From Candidatus Sulfomarinibacteraceae bacterium (lineage in GTDB: Bacteria > Acidobacteriota > Thermoanaerobaculia > Thermoanaerobaculales > Sulfomarinibacteraceae), in contig CAWCLO010000002.1 of the NCBI GenBank assembly GCA_963796455.1, forward strand, positions 32,001 through 96,000: a stretch of DNA of 64,000 nt. Reading direction: 5' to 3'. This document shows, piece by piece, positions 51,289-61,275 of this stretch (position 1 is the stretch's first letter; each line of letters begins with the position of its first letter). The position numbers and the translations under genes were made by a program. Under the pieces are notes generated by a model. That model ran no database searches. It saw only the letters and a list, made by a program, of their open reading frames with translations, and was not told the origin of the DNA.

Positions 51289-53187
51289 TCAGTCCGCCTC
51301 TTCGCCGCCGAACTCCCGGCGGAGCGATTCGGCGTCCCACGCACTATCGCGCTCCTCGTGGCCTTCTTCCTCCGCGTCCGACCGCATGAGGTTTTCGAGG
51401 GTCTCGGTCTGAAGGCGTACCGTCCGGACAAAGGAGTCCCGATCGGATCGCATCGCACGCTGCTCGCGCAGAATCTCTTCGTCGTGGGAGCGGAACATGA
51501 GTCCGCGGCGGTGGGCCTCGTGGGCCGGGATGCCGAGCAGCCGCATCACATCGACGCCGATCTTGATCGAGGTGTCGAAGTTCTCGCGATAGACCCGATC
51601 AACCCCGGCATCAAGCACCTCGAAGGCGTGGGTCCGGCCGGTTGCCCGGGCCAGGATCTCGAGGTAGGGGAAGTGCTTCTGGGTGCTTTCGATGATCTCG
51701 AGGATGCGCTCCGGATCATCCACGGCGATCACCAGGATCTTGGCCCTTTCAGCGCCCGCGGCCCGGAGCAGTTCGACTCGGGAAGCATCGCCGTAGAAGA
51801 CCTTGGCGCCAAAGGTACGAAGCATCTCCACGTGATCGGAATCGAGATCGAGCACGGTGACCCCGAAACCGCTCGCCTGAAGCAGACGGCCGACGACAGT
51901 GCCGACCCGGCCATAGCCGGCGATGATCACGTTGTTTTCTTCGTCGATCGCATCGGCTTCCCGTTTGACGGTCTCGCGAGTACCGAGTCGGGGCCGAACC
52001 AGCCTTTCGTTGATCAGCATGGCAAAGGGCGTCAGCGCCATCGTCAGGGCCACCGCCGCGATCAGCGGCGTCGTGATCTCAGGCGACAGCACACCGCGCT
52101 GGTTGGCAAAGGAGAAGAGAACAAAGGCGAACTCGCCGCCCTGGGCGAGGGCGAAGGAAAAGAGCAGATTCTGGTCGAGGCCCATCTTGAAGAATCGTCC
52201 GAGAATGAAGAGCACGACGAATTTGACCGTCATCAGACCCAGCACGATGCCGCCGACCAGCATTGGTCGGGAGGCCACCTGATTGAAATCGATCGAAGCT
52301 CCCACCGCAATAAAGAACAGACCCAGGAGGAGCGCCTTGAAGGGTTCGATGTCGCTCTCGAGTTCGTGTCGGTACTGGCTGGTTGCCAGGACCACACCGG
52401 CAAGAAATGTCCCGAGTGCGGGGCTGAGACCGACTTTGGTCATCAAGAGCGCGATGGAGATCACGAGCAACAGGGCGGCGGCGGTGAAGATCTCGGGAAC
52501 GTGGGCGCGGGCGATGAATCGAAAGGCCGGCCGCATCACCGTTCTCCCGACGATGACGATTCCGGCCACCGCCGCCAGCACCACCAGAGTGGCGGCCCAA
52601 CCGGGCAGACCTGCGACCCAGGTGGTTGCGTGGTCTGCCGACCCGTGGTTGGCCGCGGCGTGTGTTTGGGCGAGCAAGGGCATCAGCGCCAGGATGGGGA
52701 TCACCGCCAGATCCTGAAAGAGCAGCACGGCAAAGGAGCCCTGCCCGCCGGAGGTCTTCATCAGATCCTTTTCCTGCAAGGTCTGGATGACGATGGCGGT
52801 GGACGACAGTGCCAGGGTGAGGCCGATGGCGAGCGCCGCCCTCCAGTCGAATCCAAAAACGAGGCCGATTCCGGTGATCGCAGCCGTGGTGACACCAACC
52901 TGGAGACCGCCGAGACCGAGAATCGCCCCTCGCAGCCGCCACAGCAGGGAGGGTTGCAGCTCGAGCCCGATCAGGAAAAGCATCATCACCACCCCGAACT
53001 CGGCGAAGTGGAGCACGTCCTGGCCCTCTTCGCCGATCAGCTTGAGGCCGAAGGGTCCGATGGCGATCCCTGCCAGGAGATAGCCGAGCACCGAACCGAG
53101 GCCGAGTCGTTTGGCGATGGGCACCGAAATGACCGCCGCCGCGAGGTAGATGAATGCCTGGTAGAAAAATCCTTCGCCGTGCATCAT
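51289..53187 (-). CDS. kefC: Glutathione-regulated potassium efflux antiporter KefC/KefB (CPA2)
   Basis: LGSVLGYL.AG, AEFGVV, LALSSTAI, RHELESDIEPFK, QGGEFAFV, IIAGYGRVG, FYGDASR. Confidence 0.93.
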   Translation of the reverse strand: MMHGEGFFYQAFIYLAAAVISVPIAKRLGLGSVLGYLLAGIAIGPFGLKLIGEEGQDVLHFAEFGVVMMLFLIGLELQPSLLWRLRGAILGLGGLQVGVTTAAITGIGLVFGFDWRAALAIGLTLALSSTAIVIQTLQEKDLMKTSGGQGSFAVLLFQDLAVIPILALMPLLAQTHAAANHGSADHATTWVAGLPGWAATLVVLAAVAGIVIVGRTVMRPAFRFIARAHVPEIFTAAALLLVISIALLMTKVGLSPALGTFLAGVVLATSQYRHELESDIEPFKALLLGLFFIAVGASIDFNQVASRPMLVGGIVLGLMTVKFVVLFILGRFFKMGLDQNLLFSFALAQGGEFAFVLFSFANQRGVLSPEITTPLIAAVALTMALTPFAMLINERLVRPRLGTRETVKREADAIDEENNVIIAGYGRVGTVVGRLLQASGFGVTVLDLDSDHVEMLRTFGAKVFYGDASRVELLRAAGAERAKILVIAVDDPERILEIIESTQKHFPYLEILARATGRTHAFEVLDAGVDRVYRENFDTSIKIGVDVMRLLGIPAHEAHRRGLMFRSHDEEILREQRAMRSDRDSFVRTVRLQTETLENLMRSDAEEEGHEERDSAWDAESLRREFGGEEAD

Positions 53188-53798
53188 CAGCCCCCGATCA
53201 GGGCATCGAGATCGTGGTTGAGGCGCGGCCAGTCGCGGGCTGCGTCGAGATCGAGGGTGCCATCGCGAAGGGCCTCGATGGTGCGGCGATAGTCGGTGGC
53301 GTGGCGGTTGATGTCTTCGGGTCCGAGACTGTGGGTGCCGTAGACCACGAATGGAGGAGGGTAGTCCATTCCACACAACCACGCCGTTTGAGAAATGGGC
53401 GCCAACAGCTCACGGATGGTATGTTGGTTCGGAGCATTCCGAAGATAATTTTCTTCACTGGCACCGGTGGTGATGGCGCTCAAGAGTCGTTTGCCTCGGA
53501 GCGCACGCCCCTCGTGTCCATAGGCCCAGCCGTGTTCGAGCACCAGATCCTGCCACTCCTTGAGGATCGACGGCGTCGAGTACCAGTAGAAAGGATGCTG
53601 AAAAACCACCAGGTCGTGGTCGAGCAGCAGCGCCTGTTCGCGTCCCACCTCGATGTTGTGGTCCGGATAGGCCTCGTAGAGATCGTGGATCGTGATTCCC
53701 TCCAGTCCGCTGACTGCGTCGATCAGGACCTGGTTGACCCGTGATTTCCGGATTGCAGGGTGCGCGAAGAGCACGAGGACTGGTTGTTTGTTCGCCAT
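53187..53798 (-). CDS. kefF: KefF/KefG-like NAD(P)H oxidoreductase (flavodoxin-like)
   Basis: LFAHP...SRVN, HDLYEAYPD, QHPFYWYSTP..LKEW.D.VL..GWAYG. Confidence 0.92.
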   Translation of the reverse strand: MANKQPVLVLFAHPAIRKSRVNQVLIDAVSGLEGITIHDLYEAYPDHNIEVGREQALLLDHDLVVFQHPFYWYSTPSILKEWQDLVLEHGWAYGHEGRALRGKRLLSAITTGASEENYLRNAPNQHTIRELLAPISQTAWLCGMDYPPPFVVYGTHSLGPEDINRHATDYRRTIEALRDGTLDLDAARDWPRLNHDLDALIGG

Positions 53799-53844
53799 GA
53801 TCGCTGTGGACAACCGTTCATGCCGCCAACCAATTCCGTTCCCG

Positions 53845-54023
53845 AAAGGGAGAAAGGGAGAAAGGGAGAAAGGGAAGGGGAGAAACGGCGACAGCCCGAC
53901 TGCGCGACCAGATACCAGATACTCGATTCTCGAGACGGTCCGCCCATCCAGCGGCGGAGAAACCGCAGATAGCGCAGATAGACGCAGATTGTCGGGCCCG
54001 AATTGGTCTGCGTGATCTGCGGT
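53845..54023. repeat. Composite repeat patch: (GGGAGAAA)n, heptamer tract and an inverted pair of (CGCAGAT)-unit repeats
   Basis: Tracts at 53845-53885, 53909-53931, 53960-53989 and 54007-54023. Confidence 0.7.
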
Positions 54024-54063
54024 CTGCAGCGGGAGACGCTTGCCTACGGTAAAATAAACGCAC

Positions 54064-55416
54064 ATGGCCAATCGAGTTCGGCAGGTGGCGGATCTGGCGC
54101 GTCGCATCGGCGCTGACGATGCTGCCGAGCCGGCGTCGCTCGATCGATTCCGACGCCTCTACGGAGCCCTCTCCGATGACGATCGCCTCGAACTTTTTCA
54201 TTGGTTGTCGACCAAACTGGAAGTCGGCCGCGGCCGCCTCGACGAGCCCCTCCTGGAGGTTCAGTCGGCGTCGCAGGACGACCCGGTGGAGTGGAACGAT
54301 CGACTGCGAGCGCTGCGCAAGGCCATCGCGTCACCGCGTCAACGCCTCTTCGAGGGACTCATCAACACCTCCGGCGGCATGAAGTTCGTGCTCGATCTGC
54401 GGGCCGAGGTCCTTGATGCCCAGCGCCACGGGGCCAGTGGTCTCGACGCCCTCGAGGAGGACATCGCCCACCTGCTCAACCGCTGGTGCCAACACCGCCT
54501 GCTCTATCTCGAGGAGATCGATCTCCAATCCCCCTTCCAGACCATCCGCTTTCTCAAAGACCGCGAGATGGTGCATCCCATGGTGGGTCTGGAGGAGATG
54601 GGCCGGCGGCTCGGCGAGGATCGCATGTGCTTCGCCCTCCACCATGTGGCCATGCCCGAGGAGCCCGTGGTCTTTATCGAGGTCGCCCTGAGCCGCGGTC
54701 TGATCCGCTCCATCCACGATGTGATCGATAGCCCCGAGGGTGAACGGTCGTCGATCAAGACCCCCGACGCGGCCATCTTCTATTCGATCAACAACACCCA
54801 GAACGGGCTCTCCGGTCTCGGGCTCGGCAAGGTGCTGATCTTCCGAGTCACCGAGGCGCTGCGCGAGCGGCGCCCGACCCTCAAGACCTTTGCGACCCTC
54901 AGCCCGATTCCGGGATTTTGGCCGCGCTATCTGCGCCCGATCCTCGAAGGCCGGGACAAAAAGTTCAAGCTCAAACAGGCCGATGCGATCGCCAAGGTGC
55001 CGGACAAGTCCATGGCTGCCATCGCCGCCCGGTTGCGCGAACTCGGCAGCCCGGTCGATGGTCCCGCCGAGGTCCTGCTCGCGGTCCTGTCGCGGCCGGA
55101 TTGGATCAGCGATCGTGTCTTTTCCCGGCTGTTGCGGAAACCGCTGATCGAGATCGCCCATATCCATATCGCGGTCGAAAAAGACCCGCGCGGAAAACCA
55201 CTCAACCCGGTGGCCGGCTTTCACCTCGGTAACGGGGCCAAGGTGTCGCGCGCCAGCATCGATTTTGCGGCCAACCGTTCCGAGCGCGGTCTGGCCGAGT
55301 CCTGTTCCTTGATGGTGAACTACGTGTACTCGCAGCGGGCGCTGGCGCCGATCGGCCGGGCCCTTCGCTCCCTCTTGCCGTGGAGCGGAGGCGGGCGCGC
55401 CGGCCACGTCGAATGA
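54064..55416 (+). CDS. Malonyl-CoA decarboxylase
   Basis: E.VHP, R.CFAL.H..MPEEP.VFIEVAL, AIFYSINNTQ.GL.G, FATLSPIPGF, NPVA.FHL.NGA, LMVNY.Y. Confidence 0.93.
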   Translation: MANRVRQVADLARRIGADDAAEPASLDRFRRLYGALSDDDRLELFHWLSTKLEVGRGRLDEPLLEVQSASQDDPVEWNDRLRALRKAIASPRQRLFEGLINTSGGMKFVLDLRAEVLDAQRHGASGLDALEEDIAHLLNRWCQHRLLYLEEIDLQSPFQTIRFLKDREMVHPMVGLEEMGRRLGEDRMCFALHHVAMPEEPVVFIEVALSRGLIRSIHDVIDSPEGERSSIKTPDAAIFYSINNTQNGLSGLGLGKVLIFRVTEALRERRPTLKTFATLSPIPGFWPRYLRPILEGRDKKFKLKQADAIAKVPDKSMAAIAARLRELGSPVDGPAEVLLAVLSRPDWISDRVFSRLLRKPLIEIAHIHIAVEKDPRGKPLNPVAGFHLGNGAKVSRASIDFAANRSERGLAESCSLMVNYVYSQRALAPIGRALRSLLPWSGGGRAGHVE

Positions 55417-55444
55417 TCGTGTCGAGCGGACAGGGAGGTGACCC

Positions 55445-55726
55445 ATGAGCGTCGAACGGCGCAACGTGCAACGGGATTCGAACTTCGTCAATGTGGAACT
55501 GGTCACCACCGATGCGGCCGGCAGGGAAAAGATCTACCCCATAGTCCTCCGCGATCGCAGCGGTTCGGGACTCGGGGCCATGTACATCGGCAAGGAGGTG
55601 CTGAGCCCGACGAAGGATTTTCTGCTTCGTGCGGGAGACGATGATGAGTTGAGGGTTCGGATCGTGTGGACCAAACAGGTGGCCGATTTCGTGCTGATGA
55701 TGGGGATGGAGGTGGCGGAGGCCTAG
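55445..55726 (+). CDS. Hypothetical protein
   Basis: GGAGG RBS; 93-aa ORF co-directional with malonyl-CoA decarboxylase. Confidence 0.6.
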   Translation: MSVERRNVQRDSNFVNVELVTTDAAGREKIYPIVLRDRSGSGLGAMYIGKEVLSPTKDFLLRAGDDDELRVRIVWTKQVADFVLMMGMEVAEA

Positions 55727-55746
55727 GTTCTCCCAAAACCGAAAAC

Positions 55747-55778
55747 AAAAAAGAGCCCCCTCCCGATTGGGAGGGGGC
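55747..55778 (-). terminator. Rho-independent terminator (possibly bidirectional)
   Basis: GCCCCCTCCC-GATT-GGGAGGGGGC stem with an A-run on the left, between convergent genes. Confidence 0.85.
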
Positions 55779-55810
55779 ATTTGTTCGGCCGGTTCAGCGA
55801 TCTGAACCGT

Positions 55811-58800
55811 CTATTGGATTGCCCCGGTCCAGCTCGACAAATCGCCGGATTCGAATCCGTTGCTGAAAACCATCGGTTCGACGACCCGGAGCGCCAGCGA
55901 ATCGACGTCGAACTCGAAACCGGATCCAACGATCTTCACTTTGCAGTAGGACGACCCCGTGCCATCGGGTGGGTTCACCGGGAACGAGAGATCGACCCAG
56001 GTGTCGAGATCGTCGAGATAATTCAGATCCCTGTCGATCGCACCGAGCGAGACCTCGCAGTAGGTGTCGGAAAAGTGGTCGCAGATGAGAGCGACGGTCG
56101 GTTTGCGGGAGAAGGATTTCAGAAAGACCGATGCTTCGAGTCGAGTTCTCTCGTTGCTGTGAGCCACGCACTGTCCGAGTTCGTTGCGCAGCCCGCCGAC
56201 AACGAGGGCGGCGCCGGAATCGGCCTCGGCGTCGCGATCCGAGTCATCCATCCAGTCCGAGTTTTGCGGGAACCCGATCGACCAGCCGTCGAGACCGCAG
56301 TCCATCTGCCCGTTGTCGAAGAGGTTGCCCTGATCGACCCGGAAGCCGATGACGAGGTCGTCGCCCGGAGTGCCGTCGCCGTCGCCATCGAGGCCCTTGC
56401 CGGCGGCATCCTGGAGCGAGCCGGAGGCGCAGACCAGGAAGCGGTAGAGATCGTTGTCCAGTGGTTCGTCGAATTGCAGCGCCGCGACGCTACCGTCCTC
56501 GAACCACAGGATGTCATCGATGGTGACCCAACGATCGTCCCCCGCGGAATCGTAGCCGCAAGCGACGGTCTCAAAGAGACCATCCTCACCCGAGGTCACG
56601 AGGAGGAAATCGGGAACACCCCTCTTCGCCTGGGCGCCCTCGGTGGCCGGATCGGAGACCGCTTCGCTGAAGACCACGACGATCGAGTCGGCCGCTGAGG
56701 TGACGCTCTCGCATTCGGAGAGTGCCTCTTCGCCGGCGTCAATCGACAGGACTGTCGGAAAGGCGGTGTCGACCAGGATCACGAGCTCGTCCTGGTTGTT
56801 GTTGCTGTCAGGGTCGTCCTGTTCGGCGTCGGTCCAGCCCGCCACCGTGAACTCGGTCCCGTCCTCAGCCTCGGCGGGAATCCGGACCACCATGGTGTGC
56901 TCGGTCCAATCGTCGGCCTCGAGGCTCTCGAAGTCGCAGTGCACATCCACCGCGACCTTGTTGTCGGACGAGACGCAGCCGTCTTCGGACGAGACAAAGA
57001 CCAGACCGTCAAGGAGGAGACCGACCGATCCACCGGTGGCATCTGACGGGCCCAGGTTCTCGACGATCGCGGTGATCTCGACCTCCTCGCCCGGGACCAC
57101 GCTGTCAAACTCCGAGTTCAGATCAAGAGCGAGATCAGCCGAGTACACCACCGGATCGCTGTCGGCGTCGGAGTTGTTGTCGTCGTTGGGGTCGACGACT
57201 TCCGGCACCGGGGTCTTCGCAACCTTGGTGAAATCGCCGCCATCGGTGACGATCGAGGCCGAGACCTCGAAATCACCCGAGGCCGTCTGCCCCACGTCGC
57301 CCGTGATTGTGTAGGTAATGGATGAGCCTGCGGGGAGGTTCACCGGGTCGTTGAACCCCCACCCGGTTTTCTCCTGGTCGCACAGGGCCTCACCGGTGGC
57401 GACGCAGTCCCAGCTCGTTTCCTCGAGGTGTTCCGGCCAGTTGACGAAGACCATGGCGTTCGGGGCGTCGCTGGGGCCGTCGTTGCTGGCGACGATGGAG
57501 TAGCTCACTTCCTCCCCGGCCACCACCTCATCGACCTCGTTGTCGACCGTGACTCCAAGGTCAGCGGCCGGATACAGGAGTTCGTTGGCGGTCGCCCTGT
57601 TGTTTTCCGGATTGGGGTCGACAACGCCGATTTCAATCTCGATGGTCTTGTGGTCCTCGAGCCTGCTTTCAAGAGTCACCTCGGTACCGATCGTGAGATC
57701 GCCGGTTGCCGATGAGTCGACTTCGCCGGTCACGGTGAAGGTGAGCGACGAACCGCTCGGCAGACCGACCGGATCCTCGAGCACGCCGAAGGCCTTGTCG
57801 GTTTCCTCCGGGCAGAGCGCCTCGCCCCCGGTCTGACAAGACCACCCGACCTCGGCGAGCCCTTCGCCCCAGTCCGCCGACACAAAGGCGTTTGGCGCAT
57901 CACTGGGTCCGTTGTTGCTGGCGACGATGCTGTAGGTGACGGCTTCTCCCGGTACCAATGGGCCGGGTCCGCCGGTTTTTGTGTTCTCGTTCGGGATTCG
58001 GGTGATGGTCACCGCAAGATCCGCCAACGGGGTCAGATCCTCGCTCGACGTGGCCGAGTTGTTTTCGAGATTCGGATCCGTGATCTGTGCGATCGGGATG
58101 AACTTGTCCTCACCACCACTCAAGGAGATGGAGGCTTGCATGTCGAAAGTTCCTGTCGCCGAAGGATCGACCATGCCGGTAACGGTGTACACAACGTAGC
58201 TTTCCGGGGCCAGTTCGACCGTCTCCGCGATGTTACCGAGCCTTTGTCCGGAGAGCATGAACCGCCTTCGGAGGTCTCGCAGTCCCAGCTGACGTCGCCC
58301 AGGAACTCGGGCCAGGCGATGGCCACGAGATTTGCGGGCGAGTTGCTGGGTCCTTCGTTGCTCGCATAAATGGAATAGGTGACCTCGGTGCCGGGGACGA
58401 CTCCTTCGGGCGGACCTTCCTTGCCTGGCTCCGCGAATGCACGCTTGATCTTGACCGAAATGTCGGCCTCCGGAGCCAGGGTCTCGGAGAGAAGGGCCGA
58501 GTTGTTTTGTGGGTTGGGGTCGTTCTGACCTTGAGGGATCGTGGCCGACACCTCGAAGCTGCCCACCGCCGACGCGTCGATCGTGCCGGTCAGCGAGAAG
58601 GTCACCGACGAGTTGGCGGGAAGATCGACAAATTGGTTGAGACCGCCAGCGACCTTGTTCTTGGCATCGCAGCTGGCACCGTCCGAGGCATCGCACCCAT
58701 GCTGTGCGTTGAGCAACGATTGCGGCCACAGGGCCGAGGCCTGGACTCCGAATTCGTCGCCATCACCGGTATTGGTAAACACGATGCTGTATTGGACCGA

Positions 58801-59320
58801 GGTGCCCGGTACCGGTCCGGTGGGTCCGATGACCTTGCTCTCTTCGACCCGGGTGACCTTCACCGAAAGATCGGCCTCGGGTTCGGGTTCTTCACCACCC
58901 CCACCCAGATCCCATGTCTCGGCGGGGCAAGCCTCATCATAATTGCTGCTAGATTCACCGTTTGGGCAGATTGTCTGAAAAAAGGTTGCGGTTTCTGAGC
59001 CAACCGGTTGGCCTTTTGCTCCGAGAAATGTGCTGTTGAAAAACCCCACAAAACCGCCGAATACGGCCTGATCCACGATGGCATTTGTGAAATTGCAGCC
59101 GATGCATTCGACGTTTGTGAAGTCGGCACCCGTCAGATTCGCGGACGAGAAGTCCGCGGACTCAAAATAACAAGACGAATAGTCGACGCCGGGCCCCGGC
59201 GGATCCGCAGCAGCCTGCGGCCGCCATATTGGCGGTCAGCAGAACGGCTACCAAGACGGCAAGATGGATGATCCAGGTCGGTGGACTTTTGATGAATCTG
59301 TATTTCGACTGAACGCTCAC
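55811..59320 (-). CDS. Secreted DUF11-repeat surface protein with a C-terminal VFSNGFESGDLSSW motif; frameshifted
   Basis: GGAG + GTG at 59320 with a signal peptide. Five ADL.V...PG..VTY.I...N.GPSDA repeats run across ORFs 58120-59076 and 55811-58729, with frame changes at about 59150-59200 and about 58240. Confidence 0.8.
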
Positions 59321-59606
59321 AGTGGTCTCCTTTCGGGAGGCAGGGGAAAATTGGTCTGCAATGGGATTGGCAATCACATAAAGACCGCCCTTTGGCATCA
59401 AATGCCTGTGGACGGTCATAGTTTTCTGATTTTTGGATGAGCTCTGAACGGACACGTCAGTCAAAAGGTGTTCCTCCATCCTTTGAACCCTTGACTGATT
59501 TGCAATTGTGATGCCACGTTCTGGTCAGAAAAGACCATGAGTGGTGTGACGCATCTGTTCCATTTTCGAGCAATCGGTGCCACAGACTGTCTCGCTTGGT
59601 CCGTTG

Positions 59607-60551
59607 CTAGCGGATAAACTCCAGCTCGCCCATATTCGATGAGGTGGAGAAACGCAGGACCGGGAGCTCGGACTCGTCCTCTCCATCGAGCTTGGTGTCG
59701 TGGCGGCCGAGACCGCGGATGATCACATCCCGCGGCAGCTGCACGCTGACCCCACCCATGCTCTGCGAGATGTCGATCTCGGCGTCGCGCTGCCAGACGC
59801 CGCTCAGATCGAGGTGGCCGCCGCCCATGGAGAAGCCTGCCTCGAGGACCCTCGGCGATGCGTTGGCCACACCCTCGACGGCGCCGCCGCCCTGGGTGAA
59901 GTCGATGCCGAGATAATCCATCGGGGCGTGGAGCGGTTCGGAGATCTCCACCGCACCGCCGCCCTGGAGGAAGCTGATGTCGGCGTTGGTCAGCCACAGA
60001 CCGCCGAGTTCGACCTCGGCGCCGCCCTGGAGCACATCGAGTTCGAGATCGTAGGGAACGTCGAGGGGGAGGTAGATCTTGACCCTGGGTTTGCTGCCGC
60101 CGAGCATTTCTTTGAGGACGGCCATCAGATATGAATCGGAGGTACGGCGGAAGCCCACTTCATAGACCCAGCCCTCGTCACCTTCCTCGAAGGACTGTGA
60201 GAGCTCGTAGTCGTTGACATCGAACTCGGCCTTGACCTCGAGGGGGTCGCCGGGCTGTGCCGGTCGGATGGTGAAGACGGTGTTGCGCAGATCGAGCACC
60301 ACCCGGCCCGCGGGCCCTTCCGGCGCCACAAACTCCGAGGGGACCTCGGCGGGCCCGTCCTCGATTCCGATGGGCTCCTGATGAGTGAGAATCTGACGCA
60401 GTTCCTGTTTTTCGATTTCCTGGTTCTGCACGCTCGACCACGCAAAGCCGAAGATCAGCCCGAAGAGCACGAGCACGAGGATCAGCAGCCCCAGACACCC
60501 CAGGCAACCGAACTTGAAGACTTTTCCACATCCGCTTTTCTGCTCAGCCAT
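59607..60551 (-). CDS. Membrane-anchored hypothetical protein (toast-rack/DUF2154-like beta repeats)
   Basis: GC-rich TM segment GCLGCLG; repeated xQGGx / xMGGx strands. Confidence 0.6.
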   Translation of the reverse strand: MAEQKSGCGKVFKFGCLGCLGLLILVLVLFGLIFGFAWSSVQNQEIEKQELRQILTHQEPIGIEDGPAEVPSEFVAPEGPAGRVVLDLRNTVFTIRPAQPGDPLEVKAEFDVNDYELSQSFEEGDEGWVYEVGFRRTSDSYLMAVLKEMLGGSKPRVKIYLPLDVPYDLELDVLQGGAEVELGGLWLTNADISFLQGGGAVEISEPLHAPMDYLGIDFTQGGGAVEGVANASPRVLEAGFSMGGGHLDLSGVWQRDAEIDISQSMGGVSVQLPRDVIIRGLGRHDTKLDGEDESELPVLRFSTSSNMGELEFIR

Positions 60552-60659
60552 GCCCGAACCTCCGCGCTGCGATCAGAGTTCTGTCATTAAGGTACACGAA
60601 TGTTCGGCTGCTTTGGTTCACGGAGGGCTTTGATAGGATGGCGGTCTGCGGACACTGAG

Positions 60660-61191
60660 GTGAAAATCCCAGGCAATCTGCCCCTGCCGGTCACCATTGA
60701 GAATCGGGCGCGGTACCGCCGCCTGCGCCGCGATATCGGACTGATCGCGGTCGACCTCCTCTTTCTCTCTTCGGTGCTGGACCTTTCCATTCAAGGGTCG
60801 CTGCAACTCATCTCCCGCGGCCGCTCCGCTCCCACAGTCAAGTGCGTCAATTGTTGTGGTGGTGATTGCCACTGCACCGGTTCGTGCTGCGCCGACTCGC
60901 ATGTCCTCGTCGAGGAGAACAAGGAGCCGCCGGCCGATTCGGCAGGGCCGGCTCTATCGCGAACAACCGCATTGACCCGCCAGAAGGACTGTGACGGCGG
61001 GTACGTCCTCCCGACCGTTTCGGGGGTCTCGCAATATCGCGCTGCCCGCAGGTGATGGAGTGCGGGCCGCCCCCTCAGAACACGATCGCCTCCGTCTGAT
61101 CGTCTGGGTCAAACAGGCATCCTCTTTTGATGCTTCGAATACCTCGCCGCGGGGCCCACCTGCAGATCCTTTCCGCTCCCTCGAAATCTGA
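60660..61191 (+). CDS. Cys-rich DUF2946/CruR-like leader protein with an RGPP motif near its C-terminus (one frameshift at about 61025)
   Basis: TM segment, CVNCCGGDCHCTGSCC, and SPRGPP at 61144-61161 in the +1 frame; directly upstream of the copper TonB receptor. Confidence 0.55.
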
Positions 61192-61275
61192 ATCGATTTC
61201 CACGCCGCACGAATCGGTGCGCCTTTTGATGAGGGGCGCCCGGAATGTGGCCGCTGTTTGTGGGAGGAGGACCCA

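Noticed and set aside
44100..51290. CRISPR array
   Set aside because: The repeats are degenerate hexamer/heptamer tracts and dispersed copies without regular unique spacers; no cas genes.
51358..53292. 644-aa plus-strand ORF
   Set aside because: Antisense shadow of kefC, typical of high-GC DNA; no motifs.
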